Source: a virus
Lineage: Duplodnaviria > Caudoviricetes
Strand: one strand, 5' to 3'
Length of the DNA stretch: 64,000 nucleotides
Virus record (IMG/VR): IMGVR_UViG_3300028888_000074
Span: 32,001 to 96,000 of that record
Shown here: piece after piece, positions 28,143 to 36,423 of the stretch
Position numbering within the stretch: position 1 is the first letter of the stretch
Layout of the letters: every line of letters begins with the position of its first letter
The notes under the pieces: generated by a model
What the model was told of the DNA's origin: nothing
The model's database searches: none
Seen by the model: the letters and a program-made list of their open reading frames with translations, nothing else
Position numbers and translations under genes: made by a program

Positions 28143-29445
28143 GATTTACACTGGAGAAAACCAACGACTTCAGTCGTTGGATGAATCCAGTTATTTAATT
28201 ATACATTTTTAAAATTAAAAAAGCAAAAAAAAAAACAATGCCCGTGGTGCTTTTTACACATAACGGACTATTTATTGTTATAAACATAACAATAAAATGC
28301 TGACATACAAGTACAAGCTATACGCATCCAAAAGAAACAAACGCATCGAAACCCTGATGCGTGAGGCTTGCTTTGTATGGAACCATTGCGTTGCCCTTCA
28401 GAAGAAGTACTATGAAATGTACGGCAAGTACATAGGCGGAAACAGGATGAAGACACACTTCGCAAAGAGGTACAAGATGCAGAACCTTCACTCTCAAAGC
28501 GTGCAGGAGGTGATTGAACGCCTCGACTGTGCATACCAGAGGTTCTTCGCCCACAAGTCCAAGAGACCTCCGAAATTCAAGAAGTTCTCGGATATGTCAT
28601 CCGTGGTTTTCAAACAGGGAGGGTTCAAACTGAAAGGCAACAAATTCACGATAAACAAACTGAAAACAACATTCAAGTTCTCTTTGAGCCGTCCGCTCAG
28701 GGGAGAGACAAAGAGGTTGTCGGTCAAGCGGTCACCGCTTGGAGACTACTACATCTGTGTGGTCACCGACGCCGAAGCCAAAAGATACGGAAAGACACAC
28801 AATGGTGCATCCGTTGGCATTGACTTCGGTCTGAAAACCTATCTCACACTATCAGACGGACAGGCGGTCGAGAACCCGCAGTTCCTTAAACACAACCTCG
28901 CATCATTGAGAAAGGCATCCAGAAAATTTAGCAACGCAAAGCGTGGCTCGAACAACAGAAGACGGAAACGCATGGACCTTGACAGATGCCATGAAAAGGT
29001 TGTGAATTCACGCACCGACTGGCAGTGGAAACTTGCCCATGCGATATGCCGCTCATATGACAACATATTCGTCGAGGACCTTGTCCTTACTGGTATGTCG
29101 AAGAGGTGGGGAAGGAAAATGAACGACCTGGCACACGGAAGGTTCGTGGAAATCCTCGGAATGGTTGCGTCGAAATACGGATGCAACCTGCACAAGATTG
29201 ACAGGTTCTATCCGTCAAGCAAAACTTGCGAGTGCGGGTTTGTCAATGAGAACCTGTCACTGAAGGACAGGGAGTGGGTCTGCCCGCATTGCGGAAGGAC
29301 AAACGACAGGGACTTGAATGCTGCAAGAAATATACTTCGTCGGGGCATCGACGAATTGGCGAGTGCAAATGCTGCTGGCGTCAACGCCATCAGCGTGCAT
29401 GTTTAAGTCAAGAATCCCACGAATTTATTCGTGGGAGTATGTCAA
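28143..29445 (+). mobile_element. IS200/IS605-family tnpB-only element 4 (target motif TTAT)
   Basis: TTTAT|GATTTACACTGGAGAAAA-CCAACGACTTCAGTCGTTGG; IS608-like right end GAAT-CCCACGAATTTATTCGTGGG-AGTATGTCAA; removing it restores a reading frame. Confidence 0.92.
28297..29406 (+). CDS. tnpB: compact RNA-guided endonuclease TnpB (369 aa)
   Basis: VGIDFG, FVEDL, PSSKTCECG, CPHCG, DRDLNAARN. Confidence 0.95.
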   Translation: MLTYKYKLYASKRNKRIETLMREACFVWNHCVALQKKYYEMYGKYIGGNRMKTHFAKRYKMQNLHSQSVQEVIERLDCAYQRFFAHKSKRPPKFKKFSDMSSVVFKQGGFKLKGNKFTINKLKTTFKFSLSRPLRGETKRLSVKRSPLGDYYICVVTDAEAKRYGKTHNGASVGIDFGLKTYLTLSDGQAVENPQFLKHNLASLRKASRKFSNAKRGSNNRRRKRMDLDRCHEKVVNSRTDWQWKLAHAICRSYDNIFVEDLVLTGMSKRWGRKMNDLAHGRFVEILGMVASKYGCNLHKIDRFYPSSKTCECGFVNENLSLKDREWVCPHCGRTNDRDLNAARNILRRGIDELASANAAGVNAISVHV

Positions 29446-29878
29446 ATGTATTCATCTCAATCAATGAATCAGTACATGGTTGCCAGGTTCCTTTTTTTGC
29501 TGATTCTTGTAGCGAGTCTGCCCTGAAATCGACTTCTTCTATTTCCGTATCGCCAGTTTCCCTGATATAATCAATACAGCATTGAACCAGTCTTTCCTGT
29601 AGTTTTTTCGCTTTTTCTGAATCATAGTGATGGTACTTTTCAAATTGTTTCACTTCGTCTTCAGCATCTGGATTCAGTATTGGAATTTCGTTTTCGCTTT
29701 GGAATAATGTTACTTGGTAAATGTTTGTCTCAGTCTTAAGCGAACTGTTTTTGTTTGCATTATCCACCTTTTCCTTAACCAAGTCGGATATTTGTTTGTT
29801 TTCAAAACAAGAGCGGTCTATAACGTTTTTTATCGTTCCATTTTGTATTGAAGTTTCAATCAAATATAAAATTCTCAT
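29408..29878 (-). CDS. hypothetical protein, C-terminus replaced by the IS end
   Basis: Last residues FDILPRINSWDS are encoded by the IS right end; the native tail lies at 28089-28142. Confidence 0.7.
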   Translation of the reverse strand: MRILYLIETSIQNGTIKNVIDRSCFENKQISDLVKEKVDNANKNSSLKTETNIYQVTLFQSENEIPILNPDAEDEVKQFEKYHHYDSEKAKKLQERLVQCCIDYIRETGDTEIEEVDFRADSLQESAKKGTWQPCTDSLIEMNTFDILPRINSWDS

Positions 29879-29892
29879 CTGTTTACATTGTT

Positions 29893-30501
29893 TTATTCTC
29901 CACACCAAACCAATGTGGGATTATTCTTATGTACTTGTATGTCATATTTTTGCATGAAATCATATAGATTGAATGGTGTTGTCAATATATGCACACCGTT
30001 TTTTGTATGATTAATCATGGCGATTTTGTTTTCTTGATTTTTCGGTTGTAAACTATTGATGAAGTCGCACATTTCATAAACATATTTGTACCTGGATTTT
30101 ACATCTTGAAGCTCATCCCAATCAATATCAACAATCCAGATTGCGTTTTTTGACCCACAAGCTCCAGCAACAGAGTCGAAAATCTTATATGGTTTATGAT
30201 AATCCTCATTTGATATTCTATCGGCAAATTCTTTCAGGCAAGCCAAAGTGCATTTCTTGAATGATTTTCTATTTGGATTAAGGTAAATTCTTGCGTTGTT
30301 TTTCTGTGCAAGCTCAATCAAGTCGTCCTTTAAATCAATTAACTGATTTTCCCTATGCAAATAAACCGTCTTAATAGCAATGGAATTCTTATCCATGTCT
30401 GGATTTTCCTTTCTACGTTTCAGTACCTGAAGCATATAGAAATCATCGTCATTTTCAAAGTTTAGAATCTTGTTTAATTCTGAAAAATTATCAACTGCCA
30501 T
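29893..30501 (-). CDS. hypothetical protein, possible primase-polymerase (AEP)-like fold
   Basis: WIVDID and TKNGVH motifs. Confidence 0.45.
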   Translation of the reverse strand: MAVDNFSELNKILNFENDDDFYMLQVLKRRKENPDMDKNSIAIKTVYLHRENQLIDLKDDLIELAQKNNARIYLNPNRKSFKKCTLACLKEFADRISNEDYHKPYKIFDSVAGACGSKNAIWIVDIDWDELQDVKSRYKYVYEMCDFINSLQPKNQENKIAMINHTKNGVHILTTPFNLYDFMQKYDIQVHKNNPTLVWCGE

Positions 30502-30512
30502 AAATGAAAATT

Positions 30513-31202
30513 CTAATGTTTTTTATTTTTATATGTTTTTGCAACCGTTTTAACTTTGTCCAGATATGTCGGGCTTTGCGCATATGAACCGATTCTTTTA
30601 ACATATTCTTCCTCGTTTGGTTTTATATTGCGAAATATGTCAAGTTCCCATAAAACCCTGTCTATAACACTCATTTTCCAGTTTTTATATTTGGCATAAA
30701 CATCATTCTTATTGTTTGTCAGCATAGCTGTGGTTTCTCGTCTTTGCGGGATTGTCATACCGAACAAGTTGTTGCTTCTGTTTGGGGTAACCTTTCCGCA
30801 CTGACTTTCAATTACAGCCTGTGCCATGATGTATTCTGGGTACCACACATCAAGCGATTTTATGTAATCCCAAACAGAATCTTCATTTAACATGTGGTAT
30901 TTTTCCCTTTCAACAGAGACCTTTCCGATTTCGGTATAAATGTGGCATTTCTCCGCCAGGGTTTTGACATAATCCAATTCAAATTGCAATGAATCACCAA
31001 GTGTTTTGATTTTGGCTTCATAACTGTTTGCTAGTTTTTTTTGCTCTTTGTCTTTTTTTAATGGTGTGTATATGTTAAAGAACAAAGATATGACAAGCAG
31101 TATTAAGGTAGGAATTGTAATCATCCAACCGTTTTTGTTTGTAAGTTTATGCATTTTAAGACCGTATAAAGCCTTTTTGTTAATTTTCTTGTACATTTTC
31201 AA
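30513..31202 (-). CDS. membrane-anchored glucosaminidase (GH73-like) cell-wall hydrolase
   Basis: N-terminal TM; AQAVIES.C, NNLFGM, YAQSPTY. Confidence 0.75.
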   Translation of the reverse strand: MKMYKKINKKALYGLKMHKLTNKNGWMITIPTLILLVISLFFNIYTPLKKDKEQKKLANSYEAKIKTLGDSLQFELDYVKTLAEKCHIYTEIGKVSVEREKYHMLNEDSVWDYIKSLDVWYPEYIMAQAVIESQCGKVTPNRSNNLFGMTIPQRRETTAMLTNNKNDVYAKYKNWKMSVIDRVLWELDIFRNIKPNEEEYVKRIGSYAQSPTYLDKVKTVAKTYKNKKH

Positions 31203-31554
31203 ATTCGTTTTTTGTTATATAATGGTATTCTTGTGTTGATGGGTTGAATTCCACATACTTGGTGTTACCATTTCCCTTAAACACAAAATACCTGTAATTC
31301 TCGTAAACATAATCAAAAGGTTCGAACACAAGTTGTGAATTAGAATTTCTGGATTCCCGTTTCACGTTGATTCTGGCTATCAGGTTTTTGTCGACATCGT
31401 AAGCTAAAACAGTGTTAAACCAATCAATACTTGAAAAGACAAAACACCTGTCACTGTTGGACAGATTCAATTCGTATGGTATGTTGGATTGGGCCGATGT
31501 CGCTGTTGTTAAGAATAACACAATTAAAATTAAAAAATATTTTAATTTGAACAT
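31180..31554 (-). CDS. secreted hypothetical protein
   Basis: Signal peptide ending TSA-Q. Confidence 0.65.
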   Translation of the reverse strand: MFKLKYFLILIVLFLTTATSAQSNIPYELNLSNSDRCFVFSSIDWFNTVLAYDVDKNLIARINVKRESRNSNSQLVFEPFDYVYENYRYFVFKGNGNTKYVEFNPSTQEYHYITKNEFENVQEN

Positions 31555-31631
31555 AGGTTTTGGTTTGTTTTAAATTGAAATGGGCGCAAACATAAATTCA
31601 CGCCCACTCCATGTATTCATAACAGCATTTG

Positions 31632-31826
31632 TTATTGGGCATTCTTCACTGCTTGGATAGCCTCTCTAACTTCCTTGCACTTTTTGGAAATGTCCATCAA
31701 GGCCATACGAACATCCTTTGCGGCTGTCTTGTTACCTTTTTCCATGAATGCGTTCATTCTTTCTCTTGTGTACTCTGAATCCACAAGCTCCAAAAATTCG
31801 TTCCAAAGTTTTTCTAAATTTTGCAT
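31632..31826 (-). CDS. histone H1-like (Hc1-family) small protein
   Basis: EKGNKTAAKDVRMALMDISKKCKEVR resembles the Hc1 GNKAA..R.R..L..R pattern. Confidence 0.7.
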   Translation of the reverse strand: MQNLEKLWNEFLELVDSEYTRERMNAFMEKGNKTAAKDVRMALMDISKKCKEVREAIQAVKNAQ

Positions 31827-31905
31827 GTTGAATCTTTTTAATTTGTTATTATTAAAGTTTTGTAATTTAAGATTACTTTTTTTTTCTCAAAAAAACAAAT
31901 GAATT

Positions 31906-32091
31906 TTAATTTTTTTTCACTTGCCATTTCATGAAATCCTTTGTGGCTGTTATCGGCACATTGTCAAAGTCATCCACAGCATTGAATATAACCTTAACAG
32001 TATCAACCGACAAGTCAATGACTGTTCCGCTGCATTCCTGACCGTTGTAATTTACAATGACATCGTCCCCTATTTCAAAAATCTCATCCAT
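31906..32091 (-). CDS. small SH3/KOW-like hypothetical protein
   Basis: FEIGDDV..GTVID. Confidence 0.6.
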   Translation of the reverse strand: MDEIFEIGDDVIVNYNGQECSGTVIDLSVDTVKVIFNAVDDFDNVPITATKDFMKWQVKKN

Positions 32092-32095
32092 ATTA

Positions 32096-32665
32096 TTATA
32101 ATTGTAATTTACATTCGTTTTCCTTATTCTTCAAATCCTGCAAGACCTTTTCAATCCATACAGGCCTGTTGTCATGCGCATCAAGTGCCACATTGTACAT
32201 GAAAGGATATTCAAGATAGAACTTGTCCTTTGAGTGCGTGTGACCGAAAAGGTTGATGGTGCACTGCTTCAACGTCTCCTTCTCCAAATTCGATGTGATG
32301 CACGGAAAATGCGTCAGAAAGAACGAATATCCGTTGTACTTGATTCTGTCCGCATACAGTATGGAAGTAACGTTAGGAAGCGTCTTATATGCCTCAATGC
32401 GCTTGTTTGTGTCGTGGTTTCCCAATATAATGTGAATTTCGCCATTCAATTGGCTTAACAACTCAATTCCATCCTCTGTTCCAGCATTTCCTCCTAACAT
32501 CAAATCACCAAGGACATACACCAAGTCGTCTTTCGTGACAACCTCGTTCCAGTTCTCAACAACAGCTCGGTTCATATCACCAATTGATTCAAATCCCCTC
32601 GGCTTGTAAAGGAACTCCTTGTCGTGATTGAAATGCAGGTCGGAAGTAAAATAAATCTCACCCAT
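32096..32665 (-). CDS. calcineurin-like metallophosphoesterase
   Basis: SDLHFNH, LGD, GNHD, THFP, FGHTH. Confidence 0.9.
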   Translation of the reverse strand: MGEIYFTSDLHFNHDKEFLYKPRGFESIGDMNRAVVENWNEVVTKDDLVYVLGDLMLGGNAGTEDGIELLSQLNGEIHIILGNHDTNKRIEAYKTLPNVTSILYADRIKYNGYSFFLTHFPCITSNLEKETLKQCTINLFGHTHSKDKFYLEYPFMYNVALDAHDNRPVWIEKVLQDLKNKENECKLQL

Positions 32666-32751
32666 AAAATCTACATGTTTTTCTTTTCAGTCACTATTGT
32701 ACATTTTAAAAACGAGAAAACCAAACTATTTATGTAAAAAAATATTTTCAA

Positions 32752-33201
32752 ATGGTTGAAATGAGAATTGTAAGATATGAAGAGCAGCCACTAAGATGTT
32801 TTGGTAGATTATATATAAACGACACGTACATATGTGATACTCTTGAGGATACAGACAGGCATCTGGAAGATTACCTGTCAGACATCGAAACGGGTAAAAA
32901 AAAGAAAATATATGGAAAAACGGCTATTCCAATTGGAAAATATCCATTGAAATATGAATGGTGGGCAAAGCACAAGAATTATTATCCTTGGGTTAAAAAT
33001 GTGCCATTCTTCAGTGGAATTCTAATACACGGAGGGTCCAATGAAAATCACTCTCTTGGATGTATTCTTGTCGGAAAAAGAAGCGGTGATATCCTAACAC
33101 AAAGTTTTGTTGCCCTTAACAAGATAAGGGAATACTTCAAGACAGACAAAAGCGGTGTATTAAATATTGTCAGGGAGTTGGAAAACACAAAGCAACAATA
33201 A
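32752..33201 (+). CDS. DUF5675-like protein (possible peptidoglycan peptidase)
   Basis: G.LYI..CDTLE, TAIP.G.Y, VP.FSGILIHGG...S.GCILVG. Confidence 0.75.
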   Translation: MVEMRIVRYEEQPLRCFGRLYINDTYICDTLEDTDRHLEDYLSDIETGKKKKIYGKTAIPIGKYPLKYEWWAKHKNYYPWVKNVPFFSGILIHGGSNENHSLGCILVGKRSGDILTQSFVALNKIREYFKTDKSGVLNIVRELENTKQQ

Positions 33202-33205
33202 CAAA

Positions 33206-33248
33206 AATGGTCGGAAAAATATTAAAATATTCCGACCATATTTTTTTT
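33206..33248. terminator. bidirectional intrinsic terminator
   Basis: ATGGTCGGAA..TTCCGACCAT followed by a T-run. Confidence 0.75.
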
Positions 33249-33261
33249 GTTTAACAGATTA

Positions 33262-33522
33262 TTATTCTTGTTTTTGACCCACATGCTGGAAGCAGTATTC
33301 TTCGCTTTGCAAGACAAGTCTTTCGCATTGTGTACCTTTCTTTGTGATTCCTTTGCATTGAACCAGTGTATCGGTCTCAACGGTGTCTGAAACACAGATT
33401 GTGGTGTCGCTGTTCACTTCTAGTGTGTCAATACTTGTTGAATTTGAACCTGTTCCAAAATCGCATGACACTGCGAACATTGTCAGGATTGCAAAAGCAA
33501 ATACAAATAAAATCTTTTTCAT
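33262..33522 (-). CDS. small lipoprotein with a C-terminal CCCH-type motif
   Basis: FAVSC lipobox; QCKGITKKGTQC...YCFQH. Confidence 0.75.
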   Translation of the reverse strand: MKKILFVFAFAILTMFAVSCDFGTGSNSTSIDTLEVNSDTTICVSDTVETDTLVQCKGITKKGTQCERLVLQSEEYCFQHVGQKQE

Positions 33523-33563
33523 TTTTTAATTTTTTTTTTAACACCCAAAAGTTTGGGCAATTA

Positions 33564-34349
33564 TTAACTTTTCGTTTCCACGACTTTATCATCAGATAAA
33601 TAGCGCAAGTTTCCGTTTTCGTCGATGTAGAAAACCTGTTGCACGTCGATGCAATGTATGATGTAGTCTTTGCAATCTAAACTGATTGGTGAGTTAATCC
33701 ACGTGTGACCGCAAATTTGAACCATGTTTTCTGGGAAGGTTATTTTATCGCTGATTTTTATATTGAATCTATTTGACAGGTTTTCCGTTGGTTCGTATTC
33801 TCTGATGTCCGACCACACCATTGAGCCAACAAACTGGTCACCGCCCCTATAAAGCGAAATGTCGCACAATGCATATATCTTTCTTCTGAGCGGATTAAGT
33901 TCTTCAGCTGAATAATGGAATGAACCGTCAAATACATTAAGATAGTGATTAACCCATATAGGGTTAACACCAGCATGTGTAAGCAGGAAGTGTTTACCAT
34001 TTATGTCGATTTCGTATGCCAGTTGGAACAGGTCCTCATTTTCATCGAACAGTTTCTCAATTGTCTCTATGTTTTTCCAGTCGTGTCTGCATGAGCACAG
34101 GTTGCGGCTTTTGAATGCATAGCTATCGTGGTTTCCGTAGAGCAATGTTACGTTGTCCTTGTGTTCCCTTGCGAATTCCAGTATTTCCTTGAAGTTTTCA
34201 ATTGCATCAAGCGGCATGATACCTTCAATACCAGTGTATGGGTCAAGGTAGTCGCCGAGGAATATGATGTTTGCATCTGGATATTCCTTCACATCTTTCC
34301 AGAATTTTCTTCCGTGCACATCAGGCACAATCAAAAGTTTTTTCTCCAT
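33564..34349 (-). CDS. calcineurin-like metallophosphoesterase
   Basis: PDVHG, LGDYLD, GNHD, THAG, QICGHT. Confidence 0.9.
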   Translation of the reverse strand: MEKKLLIVPDVHGRKFWKDVKEYPDANIIFLGDYLDPYTGIEGIMPLDAIENFKEILEFAREHKDNVTLLYGNHDSYAFKSRNLCSCRHDWKNIETIEKLFDENEDLFQLAYEIDINGKHFLLTHAGVNPIWVNHYLNVFDGSFHYSAEELNPLRRKIYALCDISLYRGGDQFVGSMVWSDIREYEPTENLSNRFNIKISDKITFPENMVQICGHTWINSPISLDCKDYIIHCIDVQQVFYIDENGNLRYLSDDKVVETKS

Positions 34350-34372
34350 TTGTCAAATTGTGTTAAAATATG

Positions 34373-34687
34373 TTATTTCAGGGACATTTCCTTTGAAATT
34401 TCCCGATAGATTTTCTCACCTTTCTCGTTTAATTTCCATTTCCATACGATTTCCTTGTCTTCCGTAACTTCTTTCTCAATGTCTATGACATATTCTTTCC
34501 AAGCGTCGGTCATTTCGTAGTATAGAAGGCTAACGCTTGCGCATGTTATTTTGAAGTCGGTCTTTTTAACATATTTTAGGTTATCCACCTGTATGGTGAA
34601 TGTTCCTTCGACTTTCTTCTTGTTGAATATGTCTAATATCTCAAGTATTTTCTGATTAGTTTTTTTCTGTTGTTTCCAGTAATCCAT
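34373..34687 (-). CDS. hypothetical protein
   Basis: 104-aa ORF coupled to the upstream stop. Confidence 0.65.
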   Translation of the reverse strand: MDYWKQQKKTNQKILEILDIFNKKKVEGTFTIQVDNLKYVKKTDFKITCASVSLLYYEMTDAWKEYVIDIEKEVTEDKEIVWKWKLNEKGEKIYREISKEMSLK

Positions 34688-35751
34688 TATCTTCTTGGGC
34701 TTCTGCTTGTTGAGCTGTTTGATGAGTTGTTATAGCTGCGGCTTGTGCTAGAATTGTTGTATGAAGGTCTTGAATAGTTGTTTTGCGTGGACCTGCTTGG
34801 TTGTGTGTATGTGGACCTTTGCGGTTGTGTATAGGTCGACCGACTAGGCTGTGTCTGAGGTCTTGTGTAAGGACTTCTTGTAGGTTGTGGAGTGTATTGC
34901 TGTCTGCTCGGTTGAGTGGTCGTGCTAGGCCTTGTTTGTTGAGTAGGTGTTGTCGGTTTGTTTTCGTACCTTGGTTGATATACGGTCCTGCTTGACGGCT
35001 GTTGTGTCCTGCTTTCAGTTCTCTGAGGTTGTGTTGTTGTCGTTGTGGCTGGTTTCTGAGCATGTGTTACAGTTCTGCTAGTAGCAGGAGCTTGTTCTCT
35101 TTCAACATTGGTCCTTGTGGTTTCAGTGCGTTGGACCGTTGTCGATTTTGCTGTTTCGGTTCTTGAATTGGTTCCCATTGGTTTAACCGTTCTTGTCACT
35201 TCAGTCTTCTGCGGTTCGGTCTCCGTGACTTTTGTCGGACCCGAATTTCTACCTCCGACAGGATTCCCAATACTTTGTGTTGTTTCCCTATGACCGTAAT
35301 GATTATTGGATTCGTTATTATGATTTGAATATTGCTGGTGTTGTTTATGCCAGTAGAAATAATCGTAATGGTTATGATGGTATGGTCTCCATGAAAAGTG
35401 GTTTGGACCATATGACCACGGATTCCACATGTATGGATGGTAAAAGTATGAATATGGATTATGCCAATAGTTGTATTGCCACGGGTTGTAAAACGGGTTG
35501 TAATAATGATATGTTATAATCGGCCTGTAGTAGTGGTTGTAATACGAATAGGTATTGTATCCACCGAAATACCTGTCGTGCATTACAATGGTCAGGTATG
35601 TGTCGTTATAGCTAGGATAATCTGTAACGACAACCGTTTGCTGCTGTGGTCTGTAGTACTCGTCTGTTGTGTAATACACATCATCGTAGTATTGTGTTGT
35701 GATACAGCTTGTAAGCAACACTGCCAATAATATCAAAACAATCTTTTTCAT
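34687..35751 (-). CDS. lipoprotein with a Tyr/His/Pro-rich core and a disordered T/Q/R/S tail
   Basis: MKKIVLILLAVLLTSC lipobox; YYNPFYNPW-type repeats; TQPSRS repeats. Confidence 0.8.
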   Translation of the reverse strand: MKKIVLILLAVLLTSCITTQYYDDVYYTTDEYYRPQQQTVVVTDYPSYNDTYLTIVMHDRYFGGYNTYSYYNHYYRPIITYHYYNPFYNPWQYNYWHNPYSYFYHPYMWNPWSYGPNHFSWRPYHHNHYDYFYWHKQHQQYSNHNNESNNHYGHRETTQSIGNPVGGRNSGPTKVTETEPQKTEVTRTVKPMGTNSRTETAKSTTVQRTETTRTNVEREQAPATSRTVTHAQKPATTTTTQPQRTESRTQQPSSRTVYQPRYENKPTTPTQQTRPSTTTQPSRQQYTPQPTRSPYTRPQTQPSRSTYTQPQRSTYTQPSRSTQNNYSRPSYNNSSTSRSYNNSSNSSTSRSPRR

Positions 35752-35755
35752 TTTT

Positions 35756-36307
35756 TTATAGATTATCAACATAATTATACAATTTTGCAATGTCACCTTC
35801 ACTTATCAATGGCAACATTATGTTAAAAGAATTTATACAATCGTTAATTATTTTTAAAAATTCAATTGAATCGGTATCAAAACCTTCCTTTCTGAATTTG
35901 TTATGTATTACATATTCAATTGTTTTTGGGTCGAAATAGTCGTTTTCATCCCACACTTCTCTAAGGGCTTGTTCTTTATCTTCAGCTTTATCGCTGCCTT
36001 TTAGATTATATCTTGCAACGGTAAGCAAATGACCTTTCAATTCAGAACACCAATGCTTCTTAAGGTTTGTTTCACTATGAAATGAAGAATGTCTTATAAG
36101 GCACCAGTTTTCTATTATCTGAGAAGACAAATTCTCAATTCTTTGTTTGTAGTCTTTCTTTTTGAAAGCCATTTCAAGCAAAAAATCCTTATGTTCGTTT
36201 AGAACAGTGTCACAAACAGTGTCAATATCCTTCTTGCTTTCAACAAACTCAAAGACAACATCTTTTATGATTGACCTCAATTCGTTTTCAGTTAACGTGA
36301 TTATCAT
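35756..36307 (-). CDS. hypothetical protein with shared N-terminal peptide
   Basis: LTENELRSIIKDVVFEFVE. Confidence 0.7.
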   Translation of the reverse strand: MIITLTENELRSIIKDVVFEFVESKKDIDTVCDTVLNEHKDFLLEMAFKKKDYKQRIENLSSQIIENWCLIRHSSFHSETNLKKHWCSELKGHLLTVARYNLKGSDKAEDKEQALREVWDENDYFDPKTIEYVIHNKFRKEGFDTDSIEFLKIINDCINSFNIMLPLISEGDIAKLYNYVDNL

Positions 36308-36423
36308 CTTTAAAATAATTTCAACTACTTATAATATATAAGTATACAGTTTTTTTCTATTAAAAACAAGTTTCTGTATAAATAGAAAGTTAAAAACAAT
36401 AAAAGTTTAACACAAATATATTC

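Noticed and set aside
4649-29406. Cas12f/type V CRISPR effectors or IStrons
   Set aside because: No array is nearby, IS605-type ends enclose each gene, the left ends have no room for a group I intron, and the insertions are antisense to the host genes
31611-31620. ATGTATTCAT match to the first 10 nt of the element 4 guide
   Set aside because: Short AT-rich match with no TTAT motif 5' of it; likely chance. A full off-target search could not be run
34656-35063. 135-aa ORF overlapping the lipoprotein tail
   Set aside because: Alternative frame of a low-complexity region with no independent support
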